Positions 20,927-31,768 of a DNA stretch of 64,000 nucleotides are shown in pieces. The position numbers were made by a program, and so were the translations under genes. The notes beneath the pieces are model-generated. The model made no database searches. It saw nothing but the letters and a program-made list of their open reading frames with translations, and was not told the DNA's origin. The stretch is from positions 96,001-160,000 of the forward strand of contig CAVWLW010000027.1 in the NCBI GenBank assembly GCA_963755715.1, given 5' to 3'. Every line of letters starts with the position of its first letter. Position 1 is the stretch's first letter. Source of the stretch: an uncultured delta proteobacterium (GTDB taxonomy: Bacteria; Desulfobacterota; Binatia; UBA9968).

Positions 20927-21979
20927 CTACTCCGATAGTATTTTTTTCATCCGCTCAATGACATCCGGCGGCTGGTCCATGATCTCTTGGACCAGCGCCT
21001 GCAATTCTTCTCCGGTCGAGGGATCCATGTCCATCCGTCCCTTCTTGGCTTCCGCGATGAGCTCGGGGTCTTTCATCGACTTTGCGTAAGCTTCCCGGAG
21101 CATCTTCACTCTGTCCGAAGGCGTTCCAGGCGTAACCAACATGAAGCGGCCAAACTCGGCGCCGCTGAGCAAAACATTGGCAAGACGCCGATTCGACTCC
21201 GTCGTTTTGGATTGATCCATCAGCTCGTAGATCGTCGGCGCTTCCGCCACTACCGGGTCGCGCTTGCGCGCGGTTTGAATCAAATGACGGTCAAAACCCT
21301 TCTTGTGCCAGGTATCGAATGGCTCCCGGCCAAAATGGGGCAAAATCGTGTTTCCCCGGCAATGAACTTCGCCCTTCTCTACCGCCAGATCGATTTCATT
21401 ACCTCCCGGATAGCCCATCACTGTGTTGATCTTCGCGCCCAGAGCGACTTCCAAAACCCGGTCGAGAATATATCCGGCGCTGCCAACGCCGGTGCTGCCG
21501 CATTTCGGCGGCTCCTTGGCTTTGATGATGTCGCCGATAGTTTTGTACGGCGCATCCGCTCTCATGTAGAGCAGCATGTAATTTTTTTCCTGAGAGCCGA
21601 TGATCGGGAACTTGCGTAAGTCGAATCGCACTTCTTTATGGCCGGAGAGTTGTTCCAAATAAACGTTGCTGTTGGGCATGACCATGGTAAGTCCGTCGGG
21701 CTTGGCGACGCCATAAACATAGTTGGCCGCCACCAAAGAACCGCCCCCAGGCATATTCTGCACGATGATATCGGGCTGACCCGGCAAATACTTGGGCATT
21801 GCGCGCGCCAACAACCGCGCCCAGCGGTCATAGAAACCACCGGCCGTTGCCCCGGTGACGATGCGAATCTGTTTGCCTTTGTAAAACGGTTCGGCTTGAG
21901 AATGCGCGGAAGTCGCCACTAAAATATTTAGCAATTGAAACGCCAAGAGAGAGATTAATGCAGATCTGGGGTTAAACAT
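20927..21979 (-). CDS. Bug/TctC substrate-binding protein (tandem paralog)
   Basis: FYKGKQI, VQNMPGGG, AKPDG, GYPGGNEIDLAVEKGE. Confidence 0.9.
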   Translation of the reverse strand: MFNPRSALISLLAFQLLNILVATSAHSQAEPFYKGKQIRIVTGATAGGFYDRWARLLARAMPKYLPGQPDIIVQNMPGGGSLVAANYVYGVAKPDGLTMVMPNSNVYLEQLSGHKEVRFDLRKFPIIGSQEKNYMLLYMRADAPYKTIGDIIKAKEPPKCGSTGVGSAGYILDRVLEVALGAKINTVMGYPGGNEIDLAVEKGEVHCRGNTILPHFGREPFDTWHKKGFDRHLIQTARKRDPVVAEAPTIYELMDQSKTTESNRRLANVLLSGAEFGRFMLVTPGTPSDRVKMLREAYAKSMKDPELIAEAKKGRMDMDPSTGEELQALVQEIMDQPPDVIERMKKILSE

Positions 21980-22069
21980 TTCGCCTAGATTCGCCTTTCG
22001 CTTTCCAGCTGTGCGGAGAGAACGTTTGGCCCCTTGAACAGATAAATTCAACCACCGACACCAAGGCAC

Positions 22070-23186
22070 TCACCACGTCTCCGCCCTTCCACCCTGCACC
22101 CACCAGTTTAGGCGCGGCTCGATGCGAAGCTCGTAACCTTTACCATGCTGTCTCGCAAGGTCGTAGCACTTTTTCGCCAGCGCAATATCGACGATGCCCT
22201 GTCCGCCCTGATTTTTGTAAAGGATAATTTGCTTGTCGTCGGTTCGACCCGCCGCTTTGCCCGCGAGCACGTCAGAAATTTCCACCACCTTGTCCCATGT
22301 AATCACACCGCTTTGTACCGGCCAATAAATGTCGCCTTGCTGCGAATCGATCGCCTGAGATTTCGAGAGCGCGACGATTAAGTCGCAGCGCCGCAGCGTG
22401 CCGTCATCGATCTCCCGGCGGGGCGCATCGAGGTTGCCGCTTTTTACCAACTCGATATTGCTGCCGACGACTGAAATAATGTACTGCCCCGCTTCCAGCC
22501 AGGAACCGTCGATCACAGGAACGTTCGTATTGGTCATGCAGAGAATAATGTCGACGTCCTTCGCGGCCAGCTCCGGCGCATCGACGGGGGCCACCGGCAC
22601 ACTCGTTTTTGCCATGATCTTTTTAGCGAAACCCTCGCGATGAGCCGGCGTCGGACTGTAGACTTTAGCGCTCTCGATCGCGCCGCATTTCGCAGAGTCC
22701 GGCGAAGGTCGCCCAAGCCTGCTGGCCCGAACCATAAATGCCAACACGCTTGGCATCCTTGCGCGCAAAGAGGTCGAGCCCCGCCAAACTCGTGGCCGGC
22801 GTGCGCAGGTCCGCGACCGCAGTAAAATCGCGCGGCCGATGCGCCATGACGCCAAGCAGCGAACCCGTGTCGCTATCATAGATCAATGCCAGCTCGGTTT
22901 GATCCGGATTGAACGCCGGGCGCTTTTGCGTGCGACCGGCGATCGCCTTTCGATGCAGCGCCACCTGTGCGCCGATCGCTCCATAGCTGGCAGCCCCGCC
23001 GGCGTAAATATTCAGTACGGTGTCAAAGCTGCCTTCGGCGATGTTGCGGTGAAGGTTCAGTCGCTTGCGCGGCGCGCAAACGCCGTCGGATGAAATCATA
23101 TCCCGCAGCGCATTCTCGGTGATTTGAACCGCTTCTTTGAAAGGAATCAGCTGATCGACATCATCGGAGTGAAAAAAAAGTGCCAT
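22070..23186 (-). CDS. Ornithine cyclodeaminase family protein (frameshift near 22680)
   Basis: GIYGSGQQA, KVYSPT, GRTDDKQIILYKNQGGQG. Confidence 0.82.
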
Positions 23187-23200
23187 GACAACCCCTTCTA

Positions 23201-24207
23201 CTAGCTGTTCGACAAACTGAAATCCGTCTCCCAGAGTGTCTTGATCTTCGCCGTCTGCTCGTCAGATAACGGCGGCGCGCCCGAACACGCAACCGCGTCG
23301 TCAATGTGCGTGAGGTTGGAGAACCCGACGAGCACCGTGGAAACTTTTTCATTCATCAAGCCGAAGCGAATCGCTGCTTGCGTGAGATCTTTTCCGTCCA
23401 CTCCGAGCGCGGCTTTGATTTTTTCCGCGCGCTGCAAATCCACCGGGTAATCCGAGCCCGGCGAAAGGTTTGGCCGCTGCCGCCTCCTCCGGCGCTCGGA
23501 TCCGAAGTCAGCGCACCTGCCGCCAACACTCGTATAACGAAGGCGCCCATTCCTTTGGCCGCAGCGCGATCGAGGATTCGCCCATAATCCAAGAGCACTA
23601 AACGTGTGCTGGGACGGGCTGGCCTGCGCTTGGATTAAGCAAATTGTAGTAACACTGAAAACCATGAAACTCGCCGCTATCGACCAGCTCGTGCAGCGCC
23701 TTGGCGATCCCCGAGGCCGCTAAAGCCAAAAAAGCCGACCTTGCCGCGATCGCGCATGGATTTGAAACCGTCGATGACGCCGTTCGGACCGAGCACGTCT
23801 TTCGGAGTGAGACTGAATCGTTTGCCCATCCCGCGATCCAATGTCACCCGCGTATGGAGTTGAACAAAGTCGACTCGATCCCGACCGAGTCTGGATAATC
23901 CAGCTTCCACCGCGCGAACGGTCGCGGCCCGGAGGTCAGCGACCGCGTCGGCCTCAAGACGTATTTTCGTTGAGACAACCGGCTCAGCGCCGAGCTCGTG
24001 CAAAATCCTACCAAGATTCTCTTCAGACTTTCCTAGACCGTAGGCAAATGCGGTATCGAAAAAATTGATCCCCACATCGAGCGCGTGGCGCACCGCCTTT
24101 ACTTGATCTTCGTGTGGCGCCTTGACCATCAAAACCGCGTTATTGCCGCAGCCAAAGCCGATCTCGGAAACTCGGAGGCCGGTTTTGCCAATGGTCCGAT
24201 ACTGCAT
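23201..24207 (-). CDS. Aldo/keto reductase (several frameshifts 23480-23710)
   Basis: MQYRTIGKTGLRVSEIGFG, FDTAFAYG.G.SE, STK, QLH; C-terminus LTQAAIRF...STVLVG. Confidence 0.82.
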
Positions 24208-24217
24208 CGTTCCCCCT

Positions 24218-24910
24218 TTAGAATTGTGCCAGCATGTTTAGAACCGAATCCGTGTCGGTCAGATCCGCAAGGCATCCGTCCGGCCGCCAATACTGCAACT
24301 CTTCTATCGGATAGCGGCCGGTGCCGACAAGAATGCAATGCATTTGATTTTGCCTCGCCGCCTCTAAATCCTTCGGCGTGTCGCCGACAATAACGCATTG
24401 GTTCGACGCCAGCGACCGTCCGGTGGCCTTTTCCCAGCGTCTTTTGGCGATTGCCGGCAAGTCGGGACGATGATGCGAGTCGCTCGCGTAGGCGCCGCGG
24501 CAAAGGTACGGCGCCAAGCCAGCCGCTTCGAGCTTGATCTCGGCAGTGACTTCGAAATTGCCGGTCACAACGCTCGCAGAGAATTCTTCGCTCGCCGCCA
24601 GCGTTCGCAGCAACACCGCTGCGCCCGGTAAAGGCGCAATCGTCGTCGTGCCGTTTAGCAAGTGATAGTGGTAGCGCTCGCGCAAATTGGTTGTGAACGG
24701 CTCCCAAGCCGCGTCGCGAAACTGAAAATTAACATTGGCCTTGATGAAGATGTCTTGCACGATCAACGGATCGGTATTGCCGTCCGGCACCACCGTGCGA
24801 ATGTCGCCGTAAAAACCGAAGGTATTGAAAATCGCTTCGTTGAAAGGAAGATAGCCGTTTTGCGTCCGCGTCAGCGTGCCGTCGATATCGAAGAGAAGCA
24901 ACCGTTCCAT
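24218..24910 (-). CDS. HAD family hydrolase
   Basis: LFDIDGTL, VTGN, VGDTPKD. Confidence 0.9.
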   Translation of the reverse strand: MERLLLFDIDGTLTRTQNGYLPFNEAIFNTFGFYGDIRTVVPDGNTDPLIVQDIFIKANVNFQFRDAAWEPFTTNLRERYHYHLLNGTTTIAPLPGAAVLLRTLAASEEFSASVVTGNFEVTAEIKLEAAGLAPYLCRGAYASDSHHRPDLPAIAKRRWEKATGRSLASNQCVIVGDTPKDLEAARQNQMHCILVGTGRYPIEELQYWRPDGCLADLTDTDSVLNMLAQF

Positions 24911-25016
24911 GCGCAAACGGATATTTGCACAATCAGAATCGCCTTGGCAATCGAGCGCCGCTGGCTGATCCGGCACATTGACAACCCGGACCTTTCAAGA
25001 TAGATATTTTTCGTAA

Positions 25017-25090
25017 GTTTTGCGCGACTGGCGAACGTGGAATTGACCACGAGGGAACGCAAAGCATTAAGACGGCCGAACGCCTGGGTC
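25017..25090 (+). ncRNA. ZMP/ZTP-sensing riboswitch (pfl motif)
   Basis: P1 TTTGCG/CGCAAA, conserved CGACTGGCG, P2 CGTGG/CCACG, A-rich linker, 3' GCCGAACGCCTGGG with GGCG/CGCC pseudoknot; upstream of one-carbon and purine genes. Confidence 0.85.
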
Positions 25091-25120
25091 TCTTACGGAT
25101 AGAGGTCCAGGCTTTTTGTT
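25082..25120 (+). terminator. Riboswitch expression-platform intrinsic terminator
   Basis: GCCTGGGTCTCT-TACGGAT-AGAGGTCCAGGC followed by TTTTTGTT; left arm overlaps aptamer P3. Confidence 0.85.
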
Positions 25121-25191
25121 GTCCGATAAACCGCTGTCAGCATTCGGTTTGTTAACTCTCGCCCCCGGAAGCTGATAGCTTCGAGATTTTC

Positions 25192-26334
25192 ATGATCAAG
25201 CACTATCTACTTTCACCCGGTCCGACGCCGATTCCCAATGAAGTCGCGCTGGCGATGTCGGAAACGATGATCCACCATCGCACGCCGCAGTTTAACAAGA
25301 TCTTTGAAGAAGCTCGGAACGGGCTCAAAAAACTATTCGGCACCAAAAATGACGTTCTTATGCTCGCCTCGTCCGGCACCGGCGCGATGGAGGCCTCGGT
25401 CGCCAATCTGTTTTCACCAGGCGATAAAGTCCTGGTCGTGAACGGCGGGAAATTCGGCGAGCGCTGGCTCAATATCTCCAACGCCTATGGACTAAATCCG
25501 ATCGAACTCAAAGTGGAATGGGGCCAAGCGGTTAAGGTCGCCGACATCGAGCAGCAGCTAAAAGCCCATCCCGACATTCAGGGCGTGATGATCCAGGCGA
25601 GCGAGACTTCGACCACCGTATTTCACCCCGTGAAGGAAATCGCCAAGCTAACCAAAAATGGCCCGCTATTTTTAGTCGACGGTGTCACCGCCGTAGGCGT
25701 GGTTCCGTTGATGATGGATGAATGGGGCATCGACGTCTTGGTCACCGGCTCGCAAAAGGCTTTGATGCTGCCGCCAGGACTGGGCTTCATCGCGCTCAGC
25801 GATCGCGCCTGGGAAAAAACCAAGAAAGCAAAGTTGCCGCGCTTTTATTTCGATTTGAACCTCGAGCGCAAAAACCAGCAAAAAGGCTCAGGCGCGTTCA
25901 CTCCGGCGGTGTCTCTCATTTTCGGTGCGCGCGCTTCGATAAAAATGCTTGAGCGCGAAGGCTTGGAAAATGTTTACGCGCGCCATGCGCGTCTGTGCCG
26001 GGCCACTCGCGCCGCGGCGACCGCGCTCGGGCTGAAACTTTTGGCGCCCGATAGCCCGAGCCCAGCCGCAACCGGCATCTATCTGCCGAGCGGCATCGAT
26101 GCAGACCAGCTACTCGATTACCTGCGCGACAAAATGAATGTCACCCTGGCCGAAGGACAAGATCAGCTTAAAGGCAAAGCGATCCGCATCGCGCATATCG
26201 GCTACATGGGCGCTTTCGACGTGATCACTGCCATCGCCGCTTTGGAAATGGCGCTCAGAAAATTCGGCGCCGAGATTCCTTTCGGACGCGGCGTCGCGGC
26301 CGCCGAAGAAGTTTTAATGGAGGCGCTGGTTTAA
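25192..26334 (+). CDS. Class V PLP aminotransferase (serine-pyruvate / phosphoserine aminotransferase-like)
   Basis: PGPTP, HHRT..F, SSGTGAME, ETST, VDGV, GSQKALMLPPG; adjacent to serA. Confidence 0.9.
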   Translation: MIKHYLLSPGPTPIPNEVALAMSETMIHHRTPQFNKIFEEARNGLKKLFGTKNDVLMLASSGTGAMEASVANLFSPGDKVLVVNGGKFGERWLNISNAYGLNPIELKVEWGQAVKVADIEQQLKAHPDIQGVMIQASETSTTVFHPVKEIAKLTKNGPLFLVDGVTAVGVVPLMMDEWGIDVLVTGSQKALMLPPGLGFIALSDRAWEKTKKAKLPRFYFDLNLERKNQQKGSGAFTPAVSLIFGARASIKMLEREGLENVYARHARLCRATRAAATALGLKLLAPDSPSPAATGIYLPSGIDADQLLDYLRDKMNVTLAEGQDQLKGKAIRIAHIGYMGAFDVITAIAALEMALRKFGAEIPFGRGVAAAEEVLMEALV

Positions 26335-26338
26335 AACC

Positions 26339-26408
26339 GAGGATGGAAAATGGAGGATCGAGGATCGCCCGTGACTTTCCATCCTCGATCTTCAATCCTC
26401 GATCCTCA
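26339..26408. repeat. Inverted heptamer repeat array (GAGGATC / GATCCTC)
   Basis: GAGGATG-GAAAATG-GAGGATC-GAGGATC ... CATCCTC-GATCTTC-AATCCTC-GATCCTC. Confidence 0.75.
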
Positions 26409-26435
26409 ACCAATAACCCAGCCGTGGACCGCAAG

Positions 26436-28019
26436 ATGAAGATCTTAGTCACCGATTCACTCGCTCCGGAAGGTCTGGAGGTTTTCAAAAACGCCGAGGG
26501 TTTCGAAGTCGACGTCAAGCTCGGGCTCAAAGCCGCCGAGCTTAAAAAGATCTGCGAGAGTTATGACGGTTGGGTAATCCGGAGCGGCACCAAGATTACC
26601 GCCGAGCTGATCGAAGCGGCGAAGAATTTAAAAGTGATTGGGCGCGCCGGCGTCGGTTATGAAAATATCGACGCCGATGCGGCGACGAAAAAAGGCATCG
26701 TCGTGATGAACACTCCCGGCGGCAACAACGTCACCACCGGCGAGCATACCGTCGCTCTCATGATGGCCCTGGCGCGCCATATCCCGCAAGCCGTTGCCTC
26801 GCTCAAAAGCGGCAAGTGGGACCGCAATAAATTTGTCGGCGTTGAGATGTGCAACAAAACCATCGGCGTGATCGGCCTCGGCAACGTCGGCCGCATCGTC
26901 GCCGAGCGGGCGGCGGGCTTGAGAATGAAAGTGATCGGCTTTGATCCATTCATCGCCGCGGAAAACATCGCGCGCATGGGCGTCGAGCCCGGCACGCTCG
27001 ACGACATCTTCACTAAATCGGACTTCATCACGGTTCATGTGCCCTTGACCCCGGATACCCAAGGTCTGATCAACAAAGCCGCCTTTGCCAAGATGAAAAA
27101 CGGCGTGCGAATTATCAACTGCGCGCGCGGTGGCATCGTCGACGAGCATGACCTCGCCGACGCGATCAAAGCGGGCAAAGTCGCCGGCGCGGCGCTCGAT
27201 GTTTACGTCGATGAGCCGCCGTCCGCCGATCATCCGCTGCTCAAACTCGATCAGGTGATCACGACGCCGCATCTGGGCGCGTCGACCGACGAAGCGCAGC
27301 TCAATGTCGCCATCGCGGTGGCCGAGCAGATGGTCGATTTTCTCGCGCGCGGCGTCGTGCGCTATGCGGTCAATGTGCCGTCGGTCAGCCCGGAGCTGTT
27401 GGCGGTTTTGCGCCCCTATTTAACTCTGGGCGAGAAGCTCGGCAGTCTCCACACGCAAATGGGCGGCGCGCTGCCGAAGGAAGTTCAGGTGGAGTATCGC
27501 GGCGACGTGACCCAATACAACGTCGCGCCGCTCACGGTCGCGGTGTTGAAAGGCCTCTTGTCGCCGGTGATGGAATCGGCGGTCAATTACGTCAACGCGC
27601 CGATGATGGCCAAAGAGCGCGGCATCAAAATTATCGAATCGAAAGGCGAAGAAGCTGGCGATTTCACCAGCTCGCTCACCGTCAAGGCAAAAAATGACAA
27701 GGAAAGCCTCGAAGTCGAAGGAGCAATCTTCGGCGCCAAGCATCCGCGCATCGTGCGGGTCAATAGTTTTTACTTGGAGGCCGTGCCGGAAGGATATATT
27801 CTCATCTTGCAGAATAAAGACGTCCCCGGCGTCGTCGGCGCCGTCGGCACGATTTTGGGCAACAACGGCGTGAACATCGCCGGCATGGAGCTTGGCCGCA
27901 GCGAAAAGGGCGGCAACGCGATTTCATTTACTCATGTCGACGACGCGGTAGCCAAAAAGGCGCTCGATGAGCTCCGTGCCCTGCCGCAAATCGTTTCGGC
28001 AACTTTGGTCAAACTGTAA
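26436..28019 (+). CDS. serA: D-3-phosphoglycerate dehydrogenase with ASB and ACT domains
   Basis: IGRAGVG, GLGNVG, INCARGG, TPHLGAST.EAQ, C-terminal D.PGVVG ACT. Confidence 0.96.
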   Translation: MKILVTDSLAPEGLEVFKNAEGFEVDVKLGLKAAELKKICESYDGWVIRSGTKITAELIEAAKNLKVIGRAGVGYENIDADAATKKGIVVMNTPGGNNVTTGEHTVALMMALARHIPQAVASLKSGKWDRNKFVGVEMCNKTIGVIGLGNVGRIVAERAAGLRMKVIGFDPFIAAENIARMGVEPGTLDDIFTKSDFITVHVPLTPDTQGLINKAAFAKMKNGVRIINCARGGIVDEHDLADAIKAGKVAGAALDVYVDEPPSADHPLLKLDQVITTPHLGASTDEAQLNVAIAVAEQMVDFLARGVVRYAVNVPSVSPELLAVLRPYLTLGEKLGSLHTQMGGALPKEVQVEYRGDVTQYNVAPLTVAVLKGLLSPVMESAVNYVNAPMMAKERGIKIIESKGEEAGDFTSSLTVKAKNDKESLEVEGAIFGAKHPRIVRVNSFYLEAVPEGYILILQNKDVPGVVGAVGTILGNNGVNIAGMELGRSEKGGNAISFTHVDDAVAKKALDELRALPQIVSATLVKL

Positions 28020-28039
28020 GGAGAAGGCTGAAGGCATGA

Positions 28040-29398
<1,359 letters not shown>

Positions 29399-29474
29399 GC
29401 GAGCGGCCAGAAGGATTGAGGCGTGATCAGGAACTCTTACTCAAGCCTCTCGCCTGGTGCCTGCGTCTATCTTC

Positions 29475-30497
29475 CTATCGCAACTTAAAAATCTCCAGAT
29501 ACTGCTTCACCGAGGCGTCGAAATCTTTGTAATCCTCGGGATCTTCGACGGCGATTTTAAAACCACGAAAAAGCCGCGGCGGATCGGGCTCGACATCCTT
29601 GCGCACCGGAATGCGCTGGAAGCCGCGCAGCATCTCTTGCCCTTCCTTGGAAAGAACAAAATCGTAAAACAGCCGCGCCGCGTTGGGATGCGGCGACTTG
29701 GCGGCCAGCATGATCGGGTTCACCTGGGTAACCGAAGGCTCCAACGGTAGCCAATCAACCGGCGCGCCGCGCGAGGTCATTCTCTGAAGGGTTTGGTTAT
29801 AGGCGATGATGAGCGGGTACTCGCCGGCGACGACCAGTTGGACGCGCTCGGTATTGCCGCGTTTCAAGACCGGATCCAAAGCGGCGAGCCGCTTGAAATA
29901 GCTAATGCCTTTTTCCTTGCCCCACACGCGCTTGAGCCCTTCCATCATCCCATAAGCTTCGGTATCAAGCGAAATTTGCCCGCCCTTCCATTTTGGGTTG
30001 AGTAGCTCCTCGTAGGTTTTAGGCACGTCCTGCTTTTTGACAAGCTTGGTGTTCCAGCCTAGCACATAGCTGTTCACGTAGTAGGCGGTCCAATAGCCCT
30101 GCTTATCAACGAGCTGTTCTTCGATCATCTTGGTTTCCGGAGATAGGTAAGAGGCCACAAGTTTTCTCTCTATTAATGGCAAGACCATCTCACCGCGTCC
30201 GACGACGACGTCCCAATCGTATCGTCCGCCGCGCGCTTCGGTGAAAATCTTATTGAGTAAAGGGCCGCCGCCGGTGCGGAAAAGGGTTGCTTTGATGCCG
30301 TACTTCTTTTCGAAACGGTCGGTGACGGTCTTACTCTGATCGAGCGTCATGGTCGTGTAATAGACCAGCTCACCTTCTTTCTTCGCAGCCTCCACCAGCT
30401 TTTGGTTGGGACTCCCCTGAGCCCAAGCGGCCACGGGCGCCGCAAGAGTTATCAAAAAAAACGCGCCGAGCAGTCGGCGCCAATAGTGACAGATCAT
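29475..30497 (-). CDS. ABC transporter extracellular solute-binding protein (Fe3+/polyamine-like clade)
   Basis: Signal peptide; AAKKEGELVYY, P.TYEELL.PKWKG, PHPNAARLF.DF.LS.EGQ. Confidence 0.88.
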   Translation of the reverse strand: MICHYWRRLLGAFFLITLAAPVAAWAQGSPNQKLVEAAKKEGELVYYTTMTLDQSKTVTDRFEKKYGIKATLFRTGGGPLLNKIFTEARGGRYDWDVVVGRGEMVLPLIERKLVASYLSPETKMIEEQLVDKQGYWTAYYVNSYVLGWNTKLVKKQDVPKTYEELLNPKWKGGQISLDTEAYGMMEGLKRVWGKEKGISYFKRLAALDPVLKRGNTERVQLVVAGEYPLIIAYNQTLQRMTSRGAPVDWLPLEPSVTQVNPIMLAAKSPHPNAARLFYDFVLSKEGQEMLRGFQRIPVRKDVEPDPPRLFRGFKIAVEDPEDYKDFDASVKQYLEIFKLR

Positions 30498-30671
30498 TTC
30501 AAATATCCTCCTCGCCTCGTTCGAGGCAAAAGAATGCATAACATTTAAACAACGTAAATCAACTTCTCGCGGGCCGCGCTAAAACCCTTGTTCAGGGAAA
30601 TTATGACCTTGAATAGCGCCGCCGCGGTGATTATCATAAGAACGTCAGCAGCCTGAACCGCGGAGGTGTTT

Positions 30672-30980
30672 ATGGACGGCGAAACCAGCAGCAAAGAGAG
30701 ACTCGTTAGCGACTTGCGAACGCTAGTCGGCGATGCGGAGGAGTTATTGAAGGCGACAGCCAGCCAGGCGGGCGAAAAAATCGGCGTCGCGCGGCAAAAA
30801 ATCGAACAGAGCCTGATCGAGGGTAAAAAAGCTCTGGGCGATGCTGAACAAACTCTGCGAAAAAAATCCAAAGAATGCGCCGAAATCGCCGACGATTACG
30901 TTCGGGAAAATCCTTGGAGCGCCGTGGGCATCGCGGCCGCCGTCGGATTGGCCTTCGGCTTATTGATTCGTGGCAAGTAA
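30672..30980 (+). CDS. ElaB/YqjD/DUF883 family membrane-anchored ribosome-binding protein
   Basis: LV.DAEELLKAT, DDYVRENPW.AVGIAA.VG C-terminal TM. Confidence 0.9.
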   Translation: MDGETSSKERLVSDLRTLVGDAEELLKATASQAGEKIGVARQKIEQSLIEGKKALGDAEQTLRKKSKECAEIADDYVRENPWSAVGIAAAVGLAFGLLIRGK

Positions 30981-30986
30981 TCGCCG

Positions 30987-31409
30987 ATGAGCGATTTGGG
31001 AAGCAGCCAAAGCCGCGAAGGCTCGTCGAGCTTCTTCCAGCCGCTTAAGGCCGTGCTCGCCGGGTTAAGCTCGGCCTTGCACACACGCCTTGACCTATTC
31101 GTCACAGAACTCGAAGAAGAACGTGAACGGATCAAACAGGCCCTTGTCTTCACCCTCCTGCTGCTCTTCGGGTTCACTTTTGGCATCGTCCTTTTGACGA
31201 TTTTTCTCGTCGCTTTGTTTTGGCAAAACGGCTGGATTGCGGCAATCGGCGGTCTCGCGCTGGCGTATTTCGCCGTCGGGGTTGTTGCCGCGGTCAAACT
31301 GCGCGGCGTGATTATTCACCATCCTCGTCTATTCCCCACCACTATGGCCGAGCTCGGCAAAGATCGCGACTACTTGAGGGCCTCCACTCGTGAGCAGTCG
31401 TCTCGATAA
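30987..31409 (+). CDS. YqjE-like (holin superfamily) membrane protein
   Basis: TRLDLFVTELEEER, two TMs, T..EL.KD; synteny with the YqjD-like gene. Confidence 0.85.
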   Translation: MSDLGSSQSREGSSSFFQPLKAVLAGLSSALHTRLDLFVTELEEERERIKQALVFTLLLLFGFTFGIVLLTIFLVALFWQNGWIAAIGGLALAYFAVGVVAAVKLRGVIIHHPRLFPTTMAELGKDRDYLRASTREQSSR

Positions 31410-31716
31410 CATCGCGCGCCGCAAACAAGCGCTGATCGAAAAAGCGGCATTGGAGCGCCTCGAGTTGACCACTGCCTGTCGGAGAATCCGTTCGCCGATC
31501 GACATCGACGGCAAGCTTTTCGGAATCGGCCGGCTAATCAGTTCCCATCCGTTGCTCACTGCCGGCGTATCGACGTTTTTGATCGGCGGCTTCGGCAAGA
31601 AAATATTCAGGACCGCCAGCGCTGTGCTGAAATTGTGGCGAGTGGTTTTACCGATTCTAAGCCTGTGGCCCAAGCGGCGGCGAAGCTCCTGGCGATTGTT
31701 TGGACGGAACCGCTAG
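31390..31716 (+). CDS. YqjK-like protein
   Basis: RKQALI....ER.EL; position in a yqjDEK-like operon. Confidence 0.65.
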   Translation: MSSRLDNIARRKQALIEKAALERLELTTACRRIRSPIDIDGKLFGIGRLISSHPLLTAGVSTFLIGGFGKKIFRTASAVLKLWRVVLPILSLWPKRRRSSWRLFGRNR

Positions 31717-31768
31717 AATCGCCAGGTCTAACGGTTCACAAAAATATTTTCATCGCCGCTCGCACGCG

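Noticed and set aside
24978-25006. Sigma70 promoter upstream of the ZTP riboswitch (TTGACA-17-TAGATA)
   Set aside because: The position is plausible, but the -10 lacks the conserved final T, so it was not listed as a feature.
26339-26408. CRISPR-like array
   Set aside because: Units are 7 nt with no unique spacers, and no cas genes are present.
30987-31409. Prophage holin
   Set aside because: It is a YqjE-type gene in a yqjDEK-like operon with no phage genes nearby.
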